Position numbers and translations under genes: made by a program. DNA of 64,000 nt from Burkholderiales bacterium (GTDB lineage Bacteria; Pseudomonadota; Gammaproteobacteria; Burkholderiales; Casimicrobiaceae), in contig JBBSEG010000001.1 of the NCBI GenBank assembly GCA_038239945.1, positions 9,836-73,835 of the forward strand. The letters run 5' to 3'. Below are positions 26,652 to 37,059 of this stretch, piece by piece (within the stretch, counting starts at the first letter, position 1; every line of letters starts with the position of its first letter). Below the pieces are notes generated by a model, which was not told where the DNA came from, made no database searches, and worked only from the letters and a program-made list of their open reading frames with translations.

Positions 26652-28113
26652 CGGGCCGGCCATCCGCGTGTCCGGGCTCTCGAAGACCTACGCGATCTAT
26701 CGCCGGCCCGAGCATCGGCTGCTGCAGTCGCTGCTGCGCGGGCGCAAGCGCCTCTATCGCGAGTTCCATGCGCTGCGCGACGTGTCGTTCGACGTCGAGC
26801 CCGGCGAGACCGTGGGCATCCTCGGCCGCAACGGCTCGGGCAAGTCCACGCTGCTGCAACTCATCGCGGGGACGCTCACGCCCACCGCCGGCAGCGTCGC
26901 GGTGCGCGGCCGCAGCAGCGCGATCCTCGAGCTCGGCGCCGGCTTCAACCTCGAGTTCACCGGCCGGGAGAACCTGGTGGTGAGCGCCGCCGTGGCGGGC
27001 ATGACCGCCGACGAAGCCGTGTCGCGCATGGCGGCGATGATCCGCTTCGCCGATCTCGGCGACTTCATCGACCAGCCCGTCAAGACCTACTCGAGCGGCA
27101 TGCATGCGCGGCTCGCCTTCGCTGCGGCGATTCACGTCAACCCCGACGTGCTCATCGTCGACGAGGCGCTCGCGGTGGGCGACGCGCGGTTCCAGGCGCA
27201 GTGCTTTCGCAAGTTCGACGAATTCAGGAAACGGGGTGTGACAATCCTCTTCGTGTCGCATTCGGTCGACCAGATCGCGCGCCACTGCTCGCGCGCGCTG
27301 TTGCTCGAAGGCGGCGTGCTGGTACGCGCCGGGGAGCCGCGGCCGGTGATCGCGCACTACCTCGAGCTTTTGTTCGGCACCCGGCCTGCGACGGCACCGG
27401 CGCCGCCAGGCGCGGACACGACCTCCACTGCGGCACCCGGCGACGCCAACGCGAAGTCCGTCCTGTCCTCTGCTGCGGCCACCGGCGCCGCCGACGCGAC
27501 GCCCGGCATCCCCGCTCCACCGGCCGCGGACGACGGCGCGCTCCCGGCGCACATCGCCCGCTACTTCGGCCCGGACGCACGAGAGGCCGCGGACCGCTTC
27601 GCGACGCGTCCGGGGTACAACCGCCTCGAGCACCGCTGGGGCGACGCGCGGGCGCGCATCATCGATCATGCGGTCGCCGGCGGTGACGGGCAGGTGGCGC
27701 CGTCGATCGCCACCGGCGAGGCTGCCACGCTCTTCATCCGCGTGCGCTTCTCGGTCGCGATCGCCCAGCCGATCTACGGCATGACGATCAAGACGCCGGA
27801 TGGCGTCGAGGTCACGGGCAACAATTCGCGCGACGGCGGTGGACTGCCCGTGTTCGTTGCCCGCGCAGCCGGCGAGCGCGTGGTCATCCGCTTCGACTTC
27901 GAGTGCCGGCTCAATGCCGGCGACTACCTGGTATCCGTTGGCGTGGCCGAGGACGGCGATGCGGGAGTGCTGCCCCTCGACCGCCGCTACGATTCGATCG
28001 TGCTGCACGTGCGCAACGCGCGCAAGTCGTTCGGCCTCGTCGATCTCGGGATTCGCGCCCAGGAGGTCGGCGACGGCGACCACGGCCGGGCGCAGGGCGC
28101 GGCCAGCGCGTGA
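26641..28113 (+). CDS. wzt: Polysaccharide ABC ATPase with C-terminal carbohydrate-binding domain (Wzt)
   Basis: GRNGSGKS Walker A, YSSGM signature, VDEALAVGD Walker B, VSH; C-terminal Wzt_C-like domain (HRWGDARARI...GDYLVSVGV). Confidence 0.93.
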   Translation: MSSSGPAIRVSGLSKTYAIYRRPEHRLLQSLLRGRKRLYREFHALRDVSFDVEPGETVGILGRNGSGKSTLLQLIAGTLTPTAGSVAVRGRSSAILELGAGFNLEFTGRENLVVSAAVAGMTADEAVSRMAAMIRFADLGDFIDQPVKTYSSGMHARLAFAAAIHVNPDVLIVDEALAVGDARFQAQCFRKFDEFRKRGVTILFVSHSVDQIARHCSRALLLEGGVLVRAGEPRPVIAHYLELLFGTRPATAPAPPGADTTSTAAPGDANAKSVLSSAAATGAADATPGIPAPPAADDGALPAHIARYFGPDAREAADRFATRPGYNRLEHRWGDARARIIDHAVAGGDGQVAPSIATGEAATLFIRVRFSVAIAQPIYGMTIKTPDGVEVTGNNSRDGGGLPVFVARAAGERVVIRFDFECRLNAGDYLVSVGVAEDGDAGVLPLDRRYDSIVLHVRNARKSFGLVDLGIRAQEVGDGDHGRAQGAASA

Positions 28114-31100
28114 GCCCGCGTGCCCACGATGGCAGCCCGGCAGGCTATCGCCGCGACGAGGCAACCGGTGTGCTCGTTGCAGAGGCCGCCCCCGCGTTCG
28201 AGTATTCGGATGCGCCCGGGTTCGAGGCCGAGCTCCTGCAGCGCTTGCGCGCGGCACGCGATCTGTCGTCCGGATCGGCCGAGCTGTTCGCGCTCGCCGA
28301 TCGCTGGCCGCTGGAAGCTCACCTGTCGCCGCTGCGGGCCAACCTGCTGCGGCCGTTCCGGATTCACGCGGCGCACCGCGTGCTGGAGGTTGGCGCCGGT
28401 TGCGGCGGCCTGACGCGCTCGCTCGGCGAAACAGGCGCCCAGGTGACGGCGCTCGAAGGCGCCCTGCCGCGTGCGGCGTGCGCGGCGGAGCGCTGTCGCG
28501 ATCTGGCGAACGTGCAGGTCGTATGCGACGAGCTCACGCGCTTTCCCGCGGGCGCGGGTTACGACGTGGTGACGCTGGTCGGGGTGCTGGAATACGCGCG
28601 CCTGTTCGTCCCGGGTGACGACCCGGTTGCGCGCATGCTGCAATACGCACGCGCGCTGCTCGCGCCCGGTGGAACGCTGCTGCTCGCGATCGAGAACCAG
28701 CTCGGCCTCAAGTATTTCAACGGCTGCGCCGAGGATCACCTGGGAACGCGCTTCGCCGGCGTCACCGATCTCTACGGGAGCGGCACAGCAGTCACCTTCG
28801 GACGGTCCGAGCTTGGGGCGCGCCTGCACGCGACCGGCTTCGTGCACCTCGACTGGTACTACCCGTTTCCCGACTACAAGCTGCCGTCCGTGGTGCTGGC
28901 GGACCGCGCGTTGCGCGAGCCGGGCTTCGTCGCAGCCGACCTCCTGTTCGGCGAAGCCAGCCGCGACTACACCGGCGCGCCGGAGCGCAGCTTCGACGAG
29001 GCCGCCGCCTGGCCCGTGCTGGCGCGCAATGGCCTGCTCGGCGACTTCGCGAACTCGCTGCTCGTCGCCGCGACGCAGGACGGCGCGGCGAGCACGCTGG
29101 ATGCAGGCGACTGGCTCGCGTACAAGTTCGCGGTCCTGCGCCGGGCGCGCTACGCGACCGCCACGCGCTTCTTCGTGAGCAACACGGGGCTGCAGGTCGA
29201 GAAGCGCAGGCTCGATGCCACGCTCGCGGCGACCGACGCCGCAGACGGGGCGGCGCCACCCCGCGATGCAACGCCGCTCGCCTCGAGCGAAGACGGCCTG
29301 CCGGCCCTGCGCCATCGCGTGAGCGTTGCGCCGTACGTGACCGGCCGTTTGCTGGCACGCGAAGTGGCCGACACGATCGGCCGGGGAGGCACGCCCGGCG
29401 ACATCGCGGGGGCGCTGCAGCCTTGGGTGGCCTTCCTGCGCGAGCATGTCCTCCCGGGCGACCGGCCGGAAGACGAGCCGTCGCTGCCCGGGCGCCTGCT
29501 CGACTGCCTGCCGTTCAACGTCGTGCGCGACCGCGACGGCACGCTGCACGCGATCGACCTCGAATTCGCCGTCGAGAGCCGCATTCCGCTGGGCTGGGTG
29601 ATCCTGCGCGGCGTGGTGCACACCCTCGGCAAGTGCTTCGGGCAGCGCAGCATACGCGACGTCGCATTCGACACGCTCCTGCACGGCGTGCTGCCGCACC
29701 TCGACGACGCGGCGGAGGCGCTGCGGGCGCGGCACCGGGCGCGCGAGGACGCGCTGATCCGCGAAGTGCTCCTGCCCTGGCCCGGACGTCGCGCCGTGGG
29801 GATACTCGAGGAGCGCCTGCAGCTGCCGGTGGCCGCGACGCAATCGGCCTACGAGCGGCTCGCCGAAGCGACCGAACAGATCGACGCCGCCCGTGCAGCG
29901 CGCGACGAGATGCCGCGACTGCGTGGCTTGCTCGAGAGCACCGCCGCCGAAGCAGCGCGGCTCCTCGCCGAGACGGCCACGCGCGAACGTGCGGCAGACC
30001 TGGCCGAACGCGCCAGAAGCGCGGCGGAGCACGCCGTGGAGGTCGCGCGGACAGCGGCGGAACAGGCGGCTGGACGGATCGATGCGCTGCGCGCCCATGT
30101 CGGCGAGCTCGAGCTCGCGCACGAGCAACAGGCACGCGCCACGGCACGCGCTCGGGACGAGCTGGCGGCGGAACAGGACGCCCACCGCCGCAGCGCGACC
30201 GGCGCGGCGGAGCTACGCATACAGCTTGCGGCGACGCGCGGCGAGCTCGCCCGCACCCAGGCGGACGCGGAACGTGCGTGCGCGGAGCGCGACGCCGCGC
30301 GGGCGAGCCTCGTCCGGATGGATGCCGAGCTCGCCGACGCCCGCACAGTCTTCGCACAGGCGCAGGCCGACGCGACGGCGGCCGGGCAGGCGCATCGCGA
30401 TGCCGTCGCAGCGGCCGCACACCGGGCCGCCGTGCTCGAAGAGTCGAACCGCGCCGCAACGGCCGCCGCCGCCGGGCGACACGCCGCACTTGCCACGCTC
30501 CTGCACGAGCGCGAGGCGCGCCTCGCCGCCCTCGGCAGCGCGGCCGCCGCGGCCGCCGTGAGCTTCACACGCGAGCGCGACGCGCTGCACGATTCGCTCG
30601 CCGCCGTGCAGGCCGACCTGCACGATCAGCGTGTCGCAGGCGATGCCGCCGCCGCGGACCATGCGCGAACGCACGCCGCCGCTGCGGTCGCGCTCGCACG
30701 ACTCGAACAGGAAGCGGCGGAGCAATCCGCGCGTGCCGGTGAAGCCGAAGTGCGCGCCCGCGCCGCGGAAGGGCAGGCGGTGATGGCCGAGTCGACTGCG
30801 CGCGCGGCCGGCGGGCGGGCCGACGCGCTCGCCCTCGAGCTCGCGGCCTTGCGCCGCCGCGCGCTGGTGCGGCTCGTCGCGTGGCTGCCGTCGCCGGGTG
30901 CGCCTGCGCTACGCACGGGGAGCGGCGCGAGCGGCGCCGGCGTGATCTTCCGGGCCCTGCGGCGCAGCTACGCCGCACTGCCCGTGCCGAGCGGCCTGAA
31001 GCTCGCCGCCAAGGATGCGTTCTACCGTCGCGCCGGCCGCTGGTTCCGCGACGCGCAGCACTACCAGGTATGGCTGGCCCACGAGGAGGCGCGCCGGCGC

Positions 31101-33044
31101 CCGGGCGAAGCGGGCTTCGCCGGCGTGGCCGCGCAGTTCGGGGCAGCCGCGCACTTACCCGCGCCCGAGCCCGTGCGCGCCGCGGTGCCTCGCGTCGAGC
31201 CGGCAACCCCGTCCGCGCTCGTGCACCCGCATCCCGGGCTCGCCGGCGTCAGCATCAGCGTCGTCATTCCGGCCTACGGCCGTGCGGAGATGACCCGCGC
31301 TTGCGTGGACGCGCTGTGCGCGTCGGGCAGTCCGGTGACCACGGAGATCATCGTCGTCGACGACGGCTCGCCCGAGCCGATCGCCCCCGCACTCGCCGGC
31401 GTCGCCATCCTGCGCGTGGTACGGCAGGAGACGAACCAGGGGTTCATCGCAGCCTGCAACCGCGGCGCGCAGGAGGCGCAAGGCACGCATCTGCTCTTCC
31501 TCAACAACGACACTCTGGCCGCCGCCGGGCTGCTGGCCGCGCTCCTCGACGTCTTCCTGCGGGCGCCCGATGCCGGCGTGGTCGGCGCCAAGCTGGTGTT
31601 TCCCGATGGGCGCCTGCAGGAGGCCGGCTGCTACGTGCGGCCGGACGGCAGCGCGGAAATGATCGGGCTGTGGGACCAAGCGGACCGGCCCGCCTATGCG
31701 TTCACGCGCGAGGTGGGTTACGTGTCGGGTGCGTGCCTGATGATCGAGCGCGCGTGCTTCGCCGCGCTGGGCGGCTTCGACCCGGCCTATGCGCCGGCCT
31801 ATTGCGAGGACTCCGACCTCTGCTACCGGGTACGCGCCCTCGGCAAGCGCGTGTATTTCGCCCCCGGCGCGATCGTCACCCACGCGCTCAGCGTATCGAT
31901 GCGCGACGCGTCCATCGACAAGGCCGCCCTCGTGGCCGCGAACCAGGCGAAGTTCGTCGTGCGCTGGGGCGCAACCCTGGCCGCTGACGACGCGGTGCGC
32001 GCGATCGCCATGTACCTTCCGCAATTCCACCCGATTCCGGAGAACGACCAGTGGTGGGGGCCCGGATTCACCGAGTGGACCAACGTCGCGCGCGCGGTGC
32101 CGTCGTTTCCCGGCCATCGACAGCCGAACCTGCCGGCCGACCTCGGCTTCTACGATCTGCGGCTTGCACAGACGCGCGAAGCGCAGGCCGCGCTGGCGCG
32201 CGCCGCAGGCCTATACGGCTTCTGCTACTACTACTACTGGTTCGGCGGCAAGCGGCTGCTCGAGCAGCCCCTCGTCGCAATGCTCGAAAGCGGGCGCCCC
32301 ACGCTGCCGTTCTGCGTATGCTGGGCCAACGAGAACTGGACCCGCCGCTGGGACGGGCTTGCCTCGGAGATCCTGATTGCCCAGCAGCACTCGCCCGACG
32401 ACGACCGCGCGTTTCTCGCGAGCCTCCTGCCGGCGATGCGTGACTCGCGCTACATCCGCGTGCACGGCGCGCCGCTGCTGCTGGTCTATCGTCCGTCGCT
32501 GCTGCCGGACGCCCGTGCCACGGCGGCACGCTGGCGCGCCATGGCGCGCGACGCTGGGCTGCGCGACCTGTATCTTTGCACCGTGCAAAGCTTCTATCAC
32601 CTCGACAGCCGCGGCCCGCAGGCATACGGCTTCGACGCGGCGGTGGAGTTTCCGCCGCACGGCCTCGCCGTTGCGGCGGCGGAGCGTCCAGCGGGCGCCG
32701 GCGCGCGCGGCTTCGACGGCTCGTATTACGACTACGAGCGCACCGTGGCGAGTTTCGAGGGCCGGCCGGCGCCGGACTATCCGCTGTACCGTGCCGCCAT
32801 GCCACGCTGGGACAACACGCCGCGCCGCGGCCGCTCGGCGACCGTGTTCGCCGGCGGCTCGCCGGGCGCCTACGAGGCGTGGCTGCGCAGCGCGGTGCGC
32901 TACACCCGCCGCATGTACTTCGGCGACGAGCGCCTCGTGTTCGTCAACGCCTGGAACGAATGGGGCGAAGGCAATTTCCTCGAGCCCGACCAGCACTTCG
33001 GCCACGCGTACCTGGATGCGACGCGCCGCGCGCTGGCCTCATGA
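28110..33044 (+). CDS. Multidomain glycan protein: class I SAM methyltransferase + long coiled coil + GT2 + WbsX/GH99-like domain
   Basis: GTGA overlap; VLEVGAGCG; Ala/Glu/Arg-rich helical run ~29840-30860; ISVVIPAY, VVDDGS, LFLNND; AIAMYLPQFHPIPENDQWWGPGFTEW...VNAWNEWGEG. Confidence 0.88.
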   Translation: MSPRAHDGSPAGYRRDEATGVLVAEAAPAFEYSDAPGFEAELLQRLRAARDLSSGSAELFALADRWPLEAHLSPLRANLLRPFRIHAAHRVLEVGAGCGGLTRSLGETGAQVTALEGALPRAACAAERCRDLANVQVVCDELTRFPAGAGYDVVTLVGVLEYARLFVPGDDPVARMLQYARALLAPGGTLLLAIENQLGLKYFNGCAEDHLGTRFAGVTDLYGSGTAVTFGRSELGARLHATGFVHLDWYYPFPDYKLPSVVLADRALREPGFVAADLLFGEASRDYTGAPERSFDEAAAWPVLARNGLLGDFANSLLVAATQDGAASTLDAGDWLAYKFAVLRRARYATATRFFVSNTGLQVEKRRLDATLAATDAADGAAPPRDATPLASSEDGLPALRHRVSVAPYVTGRLLAREVADTIGRGGTPGDIAGALQPWVAFLREHVLPGDRPEDEPSLPGRLLDCLPFNVVRDRDGTLHAIDLEFAVESRIPLGWVILRGVVHTLGKCFGQRSIRDVAFDTLLHGVLPHLDDAAEALRARHRAREDALIREVLLPWPGRRAVGILEERLQLPVAATQSAYERLAEATEQIDAARAARDEMPRLRGLLESTAAEAARLLAETATRERAADLAERARSAAEHAVEVARTAAEQAAGRIDALRAHVGELELAHEQQARATARARDELAAEQDAHRRSATGAAELRIQLAATRGELARTQADAERACAERDAARASLVRMDAELADARTVFAQAQADATAAGQAHRDAVAAAAHRAAVLEESNRAATAAAAGRHAALATLLHEREARLAALGSAAAAAAVSFTRERDALHDSLAAVQADLHDQRVAGDAAAADHARTHAAAAVALARLEQEAAEQSARAGEAEVRARAAEGQAVMAESTARAAGGRADALALELAALRRRALVRLVAWLPSPGAPALRTGSGASGAGVIFRALRRSYAALPVPSGLKLAAKDAFYRRAGRWFRDAQHYQVWLAHEEARRRPGEAGFAGVAAQFGAAAHLPAPEPVRAAVPRVEPATPSALVHPHPGLAGVSISVVIPAYGRAEMTRACVDALCASGSPVTTEIIVVDDGSPEPIAPALAGVAILRVVRQETNQGFIAACNRGAQEAQGTHLLFLNNDTLAAAGLLAALLDVFLRAPDAGVVGAKLVFPDGRLQEAGCYVRPDGSAEMIGLWDQADRPAYAFTREVGYVSGACLMIERACFAALGGFDPAYAPAYCEDSDLCYRVRALGKRVYFAPGAIVTHALSVSMRDASIDKAALVAANQAKFVVRWGATLAADDAVRAIAMYLPQFHPIPENDQWWGPGFTEWTNVARAVPSFPGHRQPNLPADLGFYDLRLAQTREAQAALARAAGLYGFCYYYYWFGGKRLLEQPLVAMLESGRPTLPFCVCWANENWTRRWDGLASEILIAQQHSPDDDRAFLASLLPAMRDSRYIRVHGAPLLLVYRPSLLPDARATAARWRAMARDAGLRDLYLCTVQSFYHLDSRGPQAYGFDAAVEFPPHGLAVAAAERPAGAGARGFDGSYYDYERTVASFEGRPAPDYPLYRAAMPRWDNTPRRGRSATVFAGGSPGAYEAWLRSAVRYTRRMYFGDERLVFVNAWNEWGEGNFLEPDQHFGHAYLDATRRALAS

Positions 33045-34483
33045 CGCGTTCGCTGCGGAGCGGCGCGGTGACGGCGCGGCATGCCCACGCGGCCGGTGGC
33101 ATCGGCATCGCGGCCACGCTCGTCGCGAAGGTGCGCGCACTCGGGTGGCGCGAAGCGGCGCGGCGCGCGCGCACCATCGTGGCGATCGAGGGTTTCCGCG
33201 GCCTTCGCATGCGGGCCGCCGCGTGGCGTCGGCGCATCCTGGACGACCACCCGCCCGCCATCTCGCCCGCGGCGTTCGTGACGTCGAGTGCAGCCGCGAG
33301 CGAAAGCGGCGACGCGCAGGCTGCTGGTCCGGTGGGCGCGGCGCCCGTCACCGGCATCAACCTGGTGGGGCATCCTTTCGGCGTGCTCGGCATGGGCGAG
33401 CATGTCCGCAAATCGGCCCACGCGTTCGCGGCTGCCGGCGTGCCGTTCACGCTGATCGACACCTTCGACCAGCCCGGCGCGCTCGCGGCGAAGATCCGCG
33501 AATTTCCATTCCTCGACCGGCTTTCGCGCGTGCCGGCTTTTCCCGTGTCGCTGTTCCACCTCAACGCCGACGAAATGCCGCTCGCCTCCGCGCATCTGGG
33601 TGCGGCGTTCTTCGCGGGACACTACAACATCGGCTACTGGGCGTGGGAGCTCGCGAAGTTTCCCGACGCATGGTGCAGCGCGTTCGAATATTTCGACGAG
33701 ATATGGGCGCCGTCGCGCTTCATCCAGCAGGCGCTGGCCGAAAAATCCCCGGTGCCCGTGCGCTACATGCCGCTCGCCGTGGGATTCCCGGAGCACGCGC
33801 CGCTCGACCGGGCCCATTTCAGGCTGCCGCGGGATCGTTTTCTCTTTCTGTTCTACTTCGACTTCACCTCCTACGTCGCGCGCAAAAATCCGCAGGCCAC
33901 GCTGGCGGCCTTCGAGCAGGCCTTCCCCCCCGGATCGACCGTCGCCGCGACGCTCGTCATCAAGCTCAACGGGATGCACCTGCGACCCGACGACTACGCG
34001 CGCTTTTGCGCCGGCCTGAAGCCCCGCGGCGATTCGGTCATCCTGCTCGAGGAAGTGATGACCGATCGCGAGGTCCGCAGCCTCGTCCAATGCTGCGACG
34101 CCTTCGTGTCGCTGCACCGGTCCGAGGGTTTCGGCCGCGGCCTCGCGGAGGCCATGTACTACGGCAAGCCGGTGATCGGCACCGGCTACTCGGGTAATCT
34201 GGATTACATGAATCCCGACAACGCGTGCCTCGTCGACCACGTGCTCGTGCCCGTGCGCGAAGGTGAGTATCCGCACGCGGAGGGACAGGTGTGGGCCGAC
34301 CCCGACGTGGCCCAGGCGGCGGCGTACATGCGTGCGCTCGCAGGCGACGCGCGGCTGTGCGGGCGGCTCGGTGAGCGAGCGCGCGCATCGATGCGCGAGC
34401 ACCACGGCTTCGCCGCCATCGGACGCCGCTATCGCGCGCGCCTTGCGGCGATCGGCTTGGCCGGGACGCGCGACGCGCCGTGA
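33041..34483 (+). CDS. GT4-family glycosyltransferase
   Basis: ATGA overlap; RKNP, FVSLHRSEGFGRGLAEAMYYGKPVIGT (ExFGxxxxE motif). Confidence 0.88.
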   Translation: MTRSLRSGAVTARHAHAAGGIGIAATLVAKVRALGWREAARRARTIVAIEGFRGLRMRAAAWRRRILDDHPPAISPAAFVTSSAAASESGDAQAAGPVGAAPVTGINLVGHPFGVLGMGEHVRKSAHAFAAAGVPFTLIDTFDQPGALAAKIREFPFLDRLSRVPAFPVSLFHLNADEMPLASAHLGAAFFAGHYNIGYWAWELAKFPDAWCSAFEYFDEIWAPSRFIQQALAEKSPVPVRYMPLAVGFPEHAPLDRAHFRLPRDRFLFLFYFDFTSYVARKNPQATLAAFEQAFPPGSTVAATLVIKLNGMHLRPDDYARFCAGLKPRGDSVILLEEVMTDREVRSLVQCCDAFVSLHRSEGFGRGLAEAMYYGKPVIGTGYSGNLDYMNPDNACLVDHVLVPVREGEYPHAEGQVWADPDVAQAAAYMRALAGDARLCGRLGERARASMREHHGFAAIGRRYRARLAAIGLAGTRDAP

Positions 34484-35256
34484 GCTCCGATCACTACCTG
34501 CCTGCGGTCGACTGGGTGGCCCCGGGAATCCGCAAGGGCCGCAATCCCCGCGAAGGCTACATGCGCGGCTGGGGATTGCAGTTCCGCGGCCTCGCCGACG
34601 CCATCCGCGCCGACCCGCTGTATCGCGAGGCGCTCGCGCTGGCCGAGGGGCGCAGCGTGATGGCCGAAGCCCATCGCCAGAACCTCTACCTGATCCTGCG
34701 CTTCTTCCTGCCCAAGATCCCGTTCGGACACGTGGTGGAATTCGGCGCCTACCGCGGCGGCAATGCGATGTTCATGGCCCACGTGCTCGCGCGCACGCTG
34801 CCGGGCGTGCGGGTCTACGCATTCGATTCGTTTGCGGGCATGCCGGCCACCGATCCGACCGTCGACGCCCATTCGGCCGGCGACTTCAGTGACGCCAGCG
34901 TGGACGAGATCCGCACGGCGTGCAGCCGGCACGGCATCGCCAACCTCGAGCTGGTCAGCGGCTGGTTCGAGGACAGCGCGGCGCCCGCGCTGCGGCGCAT
35001 CGGACCCGTCGCGCTCGCGCACATCGACTCGGACATCCACTCCGCCGTGACGACGGCCTACGACGCGGCGCGCCCGCACATGGTCGAGGGCGGCTACCTG
35101 GTGTTCGACGACGCCACGGTCTCGAGCTGCCTCGGCGCCACCGAGGCGGTCGAGGCGCTGTGCGTGCGCCGCGACGGGCTGCACGCAGAGCAGATCTTCC
35201 CGCAGTTCGTGTTCCGCAGCGGGCTTCACGACACCGTCGCGGACGCAAGCGCATGA
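34480..35256 (+). CDS. TylF/MycF-family sugar O-methyltransferase
   Basis: VVEFGAYRGGN, YAFDSFAGMP, GWFEDS, LAHIDSD, GYLVFDD. Confidence 0.82.
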   Translation: MSSDHYLPAVDWVAPGIRKGRNPREGYMRGWGLQFRGLADAIRADPLYREALALAEGRSVMAEAHRQNLYLILRFFLPKIPFGHVVEFGAYRGGNAMFMAHVLARTLPGVRVYAFDSFAGMPATDPTVDAHSAGDFSDASVDEIRTACSRHGIANLELVSGWFEDSAAPALRRIGPVALAHIDSDIHSAVTTAYDAARPHMVEGGYLVFDDATVSSCLGATEAVEALCVRRDGLHAEQIFPQFVFRSGLHDTVADASA

Positions 35257-35987
35257 AAGAGTGCAGCAAGGCGCTCGCGCGACGGCTGGCCGACGCGTCG
35301 TTCGCGACGCGCTACTTCGTAGGCCCGGGCCTGGACGTGGGGGGCCGGCCGGACCCCCTGTCGCTCTATCTCGAGCTGTTTCCGCGCGCCACGTCGATCC
35401 GCACGTGGGACCGCGAGGATGGCGACGCACAACACCTCGCGGGCGTCGCGGACGATTCGGTCGGCTTCGTGCATGCGAGCCATTGCCTCGAGCACCTCGT
35501 CGATCCGCAGGAGGGCCTCGCCAACTGGCTGCGCGTCACCGCCCCGGGCGGCCACCTGATCGTCACCGTTCCCGACGAGGACCTCTACGAGCAGGGCGTG
35601 TTCCCCAGCGTCCGCAACGCCGATCACCGCCATACATTCACGATCTGGAAGCCCCGCTCGTGGAGCGAGAGCTCGATCAACCTGGTCGAGCTCGTCACGC
35701 GGCTCGGACCCGCCGCGCAGGTGTTGAAGCTCGAGTTGCTCGAGTCGACCTATCGCTATGCGCTGCCGGCCTACGACCAGACGCTGACGCCCGTCGCCGA
35801 ATGCGGCATCGAGCTCGTGATCCGCAAGCGGCCGGCCCGGGAGATCGTCGCGGGCGGCCGGTTGCCTGCCGCCGGCCAGCCATTGCGCGAGATGCGCATC
35901 CATCTCAACCAGTATCGGCAGGACCGCGCACGCGCACGCTCCGGCAACGAAACGGAGCCGCCGTTTCGCGACGACGGGGAGCTCTGA
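35253..35987 (+). CDS. Class I SAM-dependent methyltransferase
   Basis: ATGA overlap; GLDVGG, GDAQHL, FVHASHCLEH, APGGHLIVTVP. Confidence 0.82.
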   Translation: MKECSKALARRLADASFATRYFVGPGLDVGGRPDPLSLYLELFPRATSIRTWDREDGDAQHLAGVADDSVGFVHASHCLEHLVDPQEGLANWLRVTAPGGHLIVTVPDEDLYEQGVFPSVRNADHRHTFTIWKPRSWSESSINLVELVTRLGPAAQVLKLELLESTYRYALPAYDQTLTPVAECGIELVIRKRPAREIVAGGRLPAAGQPLREMRIHLNQYRQDRARARSGNETEPPFRDDGEL

Positions 35988-36027
35988 TGCGGCGCCGTAG
36001 CGAACACCCCCGCCTCCGCCGCGCAGC

Positions 36028-37059
36028 ATGAAGGTGCGCGCCCGCGCCCCGCTGCGCCTGGGGCTCGCCGGGGGGGGCACCGACGTCTCGCCCTATTGCG
36101 ACGAGCATGGCGGCCTCGTGCTGAACGCGGCCATCGGCCTGCATGCCTATGCCACGCTGGCGCCTGCCCACGACGGGCGGCTGCGATTCGCGGCGGTCGA
36201 CCGGGGCGAGCGCGAGGACGTGGCGCTGGCCGCCTCGCTCGACGCCGCAGGTCCGCTGTGCCTTCACCGCGGCGTCTACAACCGGGTCGTGCGGGATTTC
36301 CGCAACGGCGAGCCGCTGGCAATCGAGCTCTCCACGCATTCCGATGCGCCCGCAGGATCGGGACTCGGCGCATCGTCGACGCTCGTCGTCGCCATGGTCA
36401 AGGCGTTCGTCGAGCTGCTCGCACTGCCGCTCGGCGAGTACGACATCGCGCGACTGGCCTACGAGATCGAGCGCAATGACCTGCAACTGGCCGGCGGCCG
36501 CCAGGATCAATACGCCGCGGCGTTCGGCGGCGTCAATTTCATGGAGTTTCACGCCGGCGAGCGCGTGGTCGTCAACCCGCTGCGCGTCAAGAACTGGATC
36601 CTATCGGAGCTGGAGGCGTCCCTAGCGCTCTACTACACCGGCGTATCGCGCGACTCGGCGCGAATCATCGCCGCGCAGAAGTCGCTGATGGCCGCCCACG
36701 ATCCGACCCAGCGCGCCGCCTTGGACGCGCTCAAGGACGAGGCGCTCGCGATGAAGGAGCATATCTTGCGCGGGGACATTCGGGCGCTGGCCGCCTCCAT
36801 GCGCGCCGGCTGGGACGCGAAGAAGCGCGTCGCGCCCGACGTGTCCAGCGCGCCGATCGAGCAGGCGGTGGACACGGCGCTCGCGCACGGGGCCTACGCC
36901 GCCAAGGCGTCGGGCGCGGGCGGCGGTGGGTTCATCATGCTGCTCGCCGATCCGCTGCGCATGGTGGACTTGCGCCGCGCGCTGGACGGGCTCGGCATGG
37001 GACGCACACAGGCGTGCCACTTCACGCCTCACGGCACGCAGGCGTGGCGCATCGAGTGA
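36028..37059 (+). CDS. hddA: D-glycero-alpha-D-manno-heptose-7-phosphate kinase (GHMP family)
   Basis: RAPLRLGLAGGGTDV, PAGSGLGASS, GGRQDQYAAAFGG, KASGAGGGGF. Confidence 0.88.
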   Translation: MKVRARAPLRLGLAGGGTDVSPYCDEHGGLVLNAAIGLHAYATLAPAHDGRLRFAAVDRGEREDVALAASLDAAGPLCLHRGVYNRVVRDFRNGEPLAIELSTHSDAPAGSGLGASSTLVVAMVKAFVELLALPLGEYDIARLAYEIERNDLQLAGGRQDQYAAAFGGVNFMEFHAGERVVVNPLRVKNWILSELEASLALYYTGVSRDSARIIAAQKSLMAAHDPTQRAALDALKDEALAMKEHILRGDIRALAASMRAGWDAKKRVAPDVSSAPIEQAVDTALAHGAYAAKASGAGGGGFIMLLADPLRMVDLRRALDGLGMGRTQACHFTPHGTQAWRIE

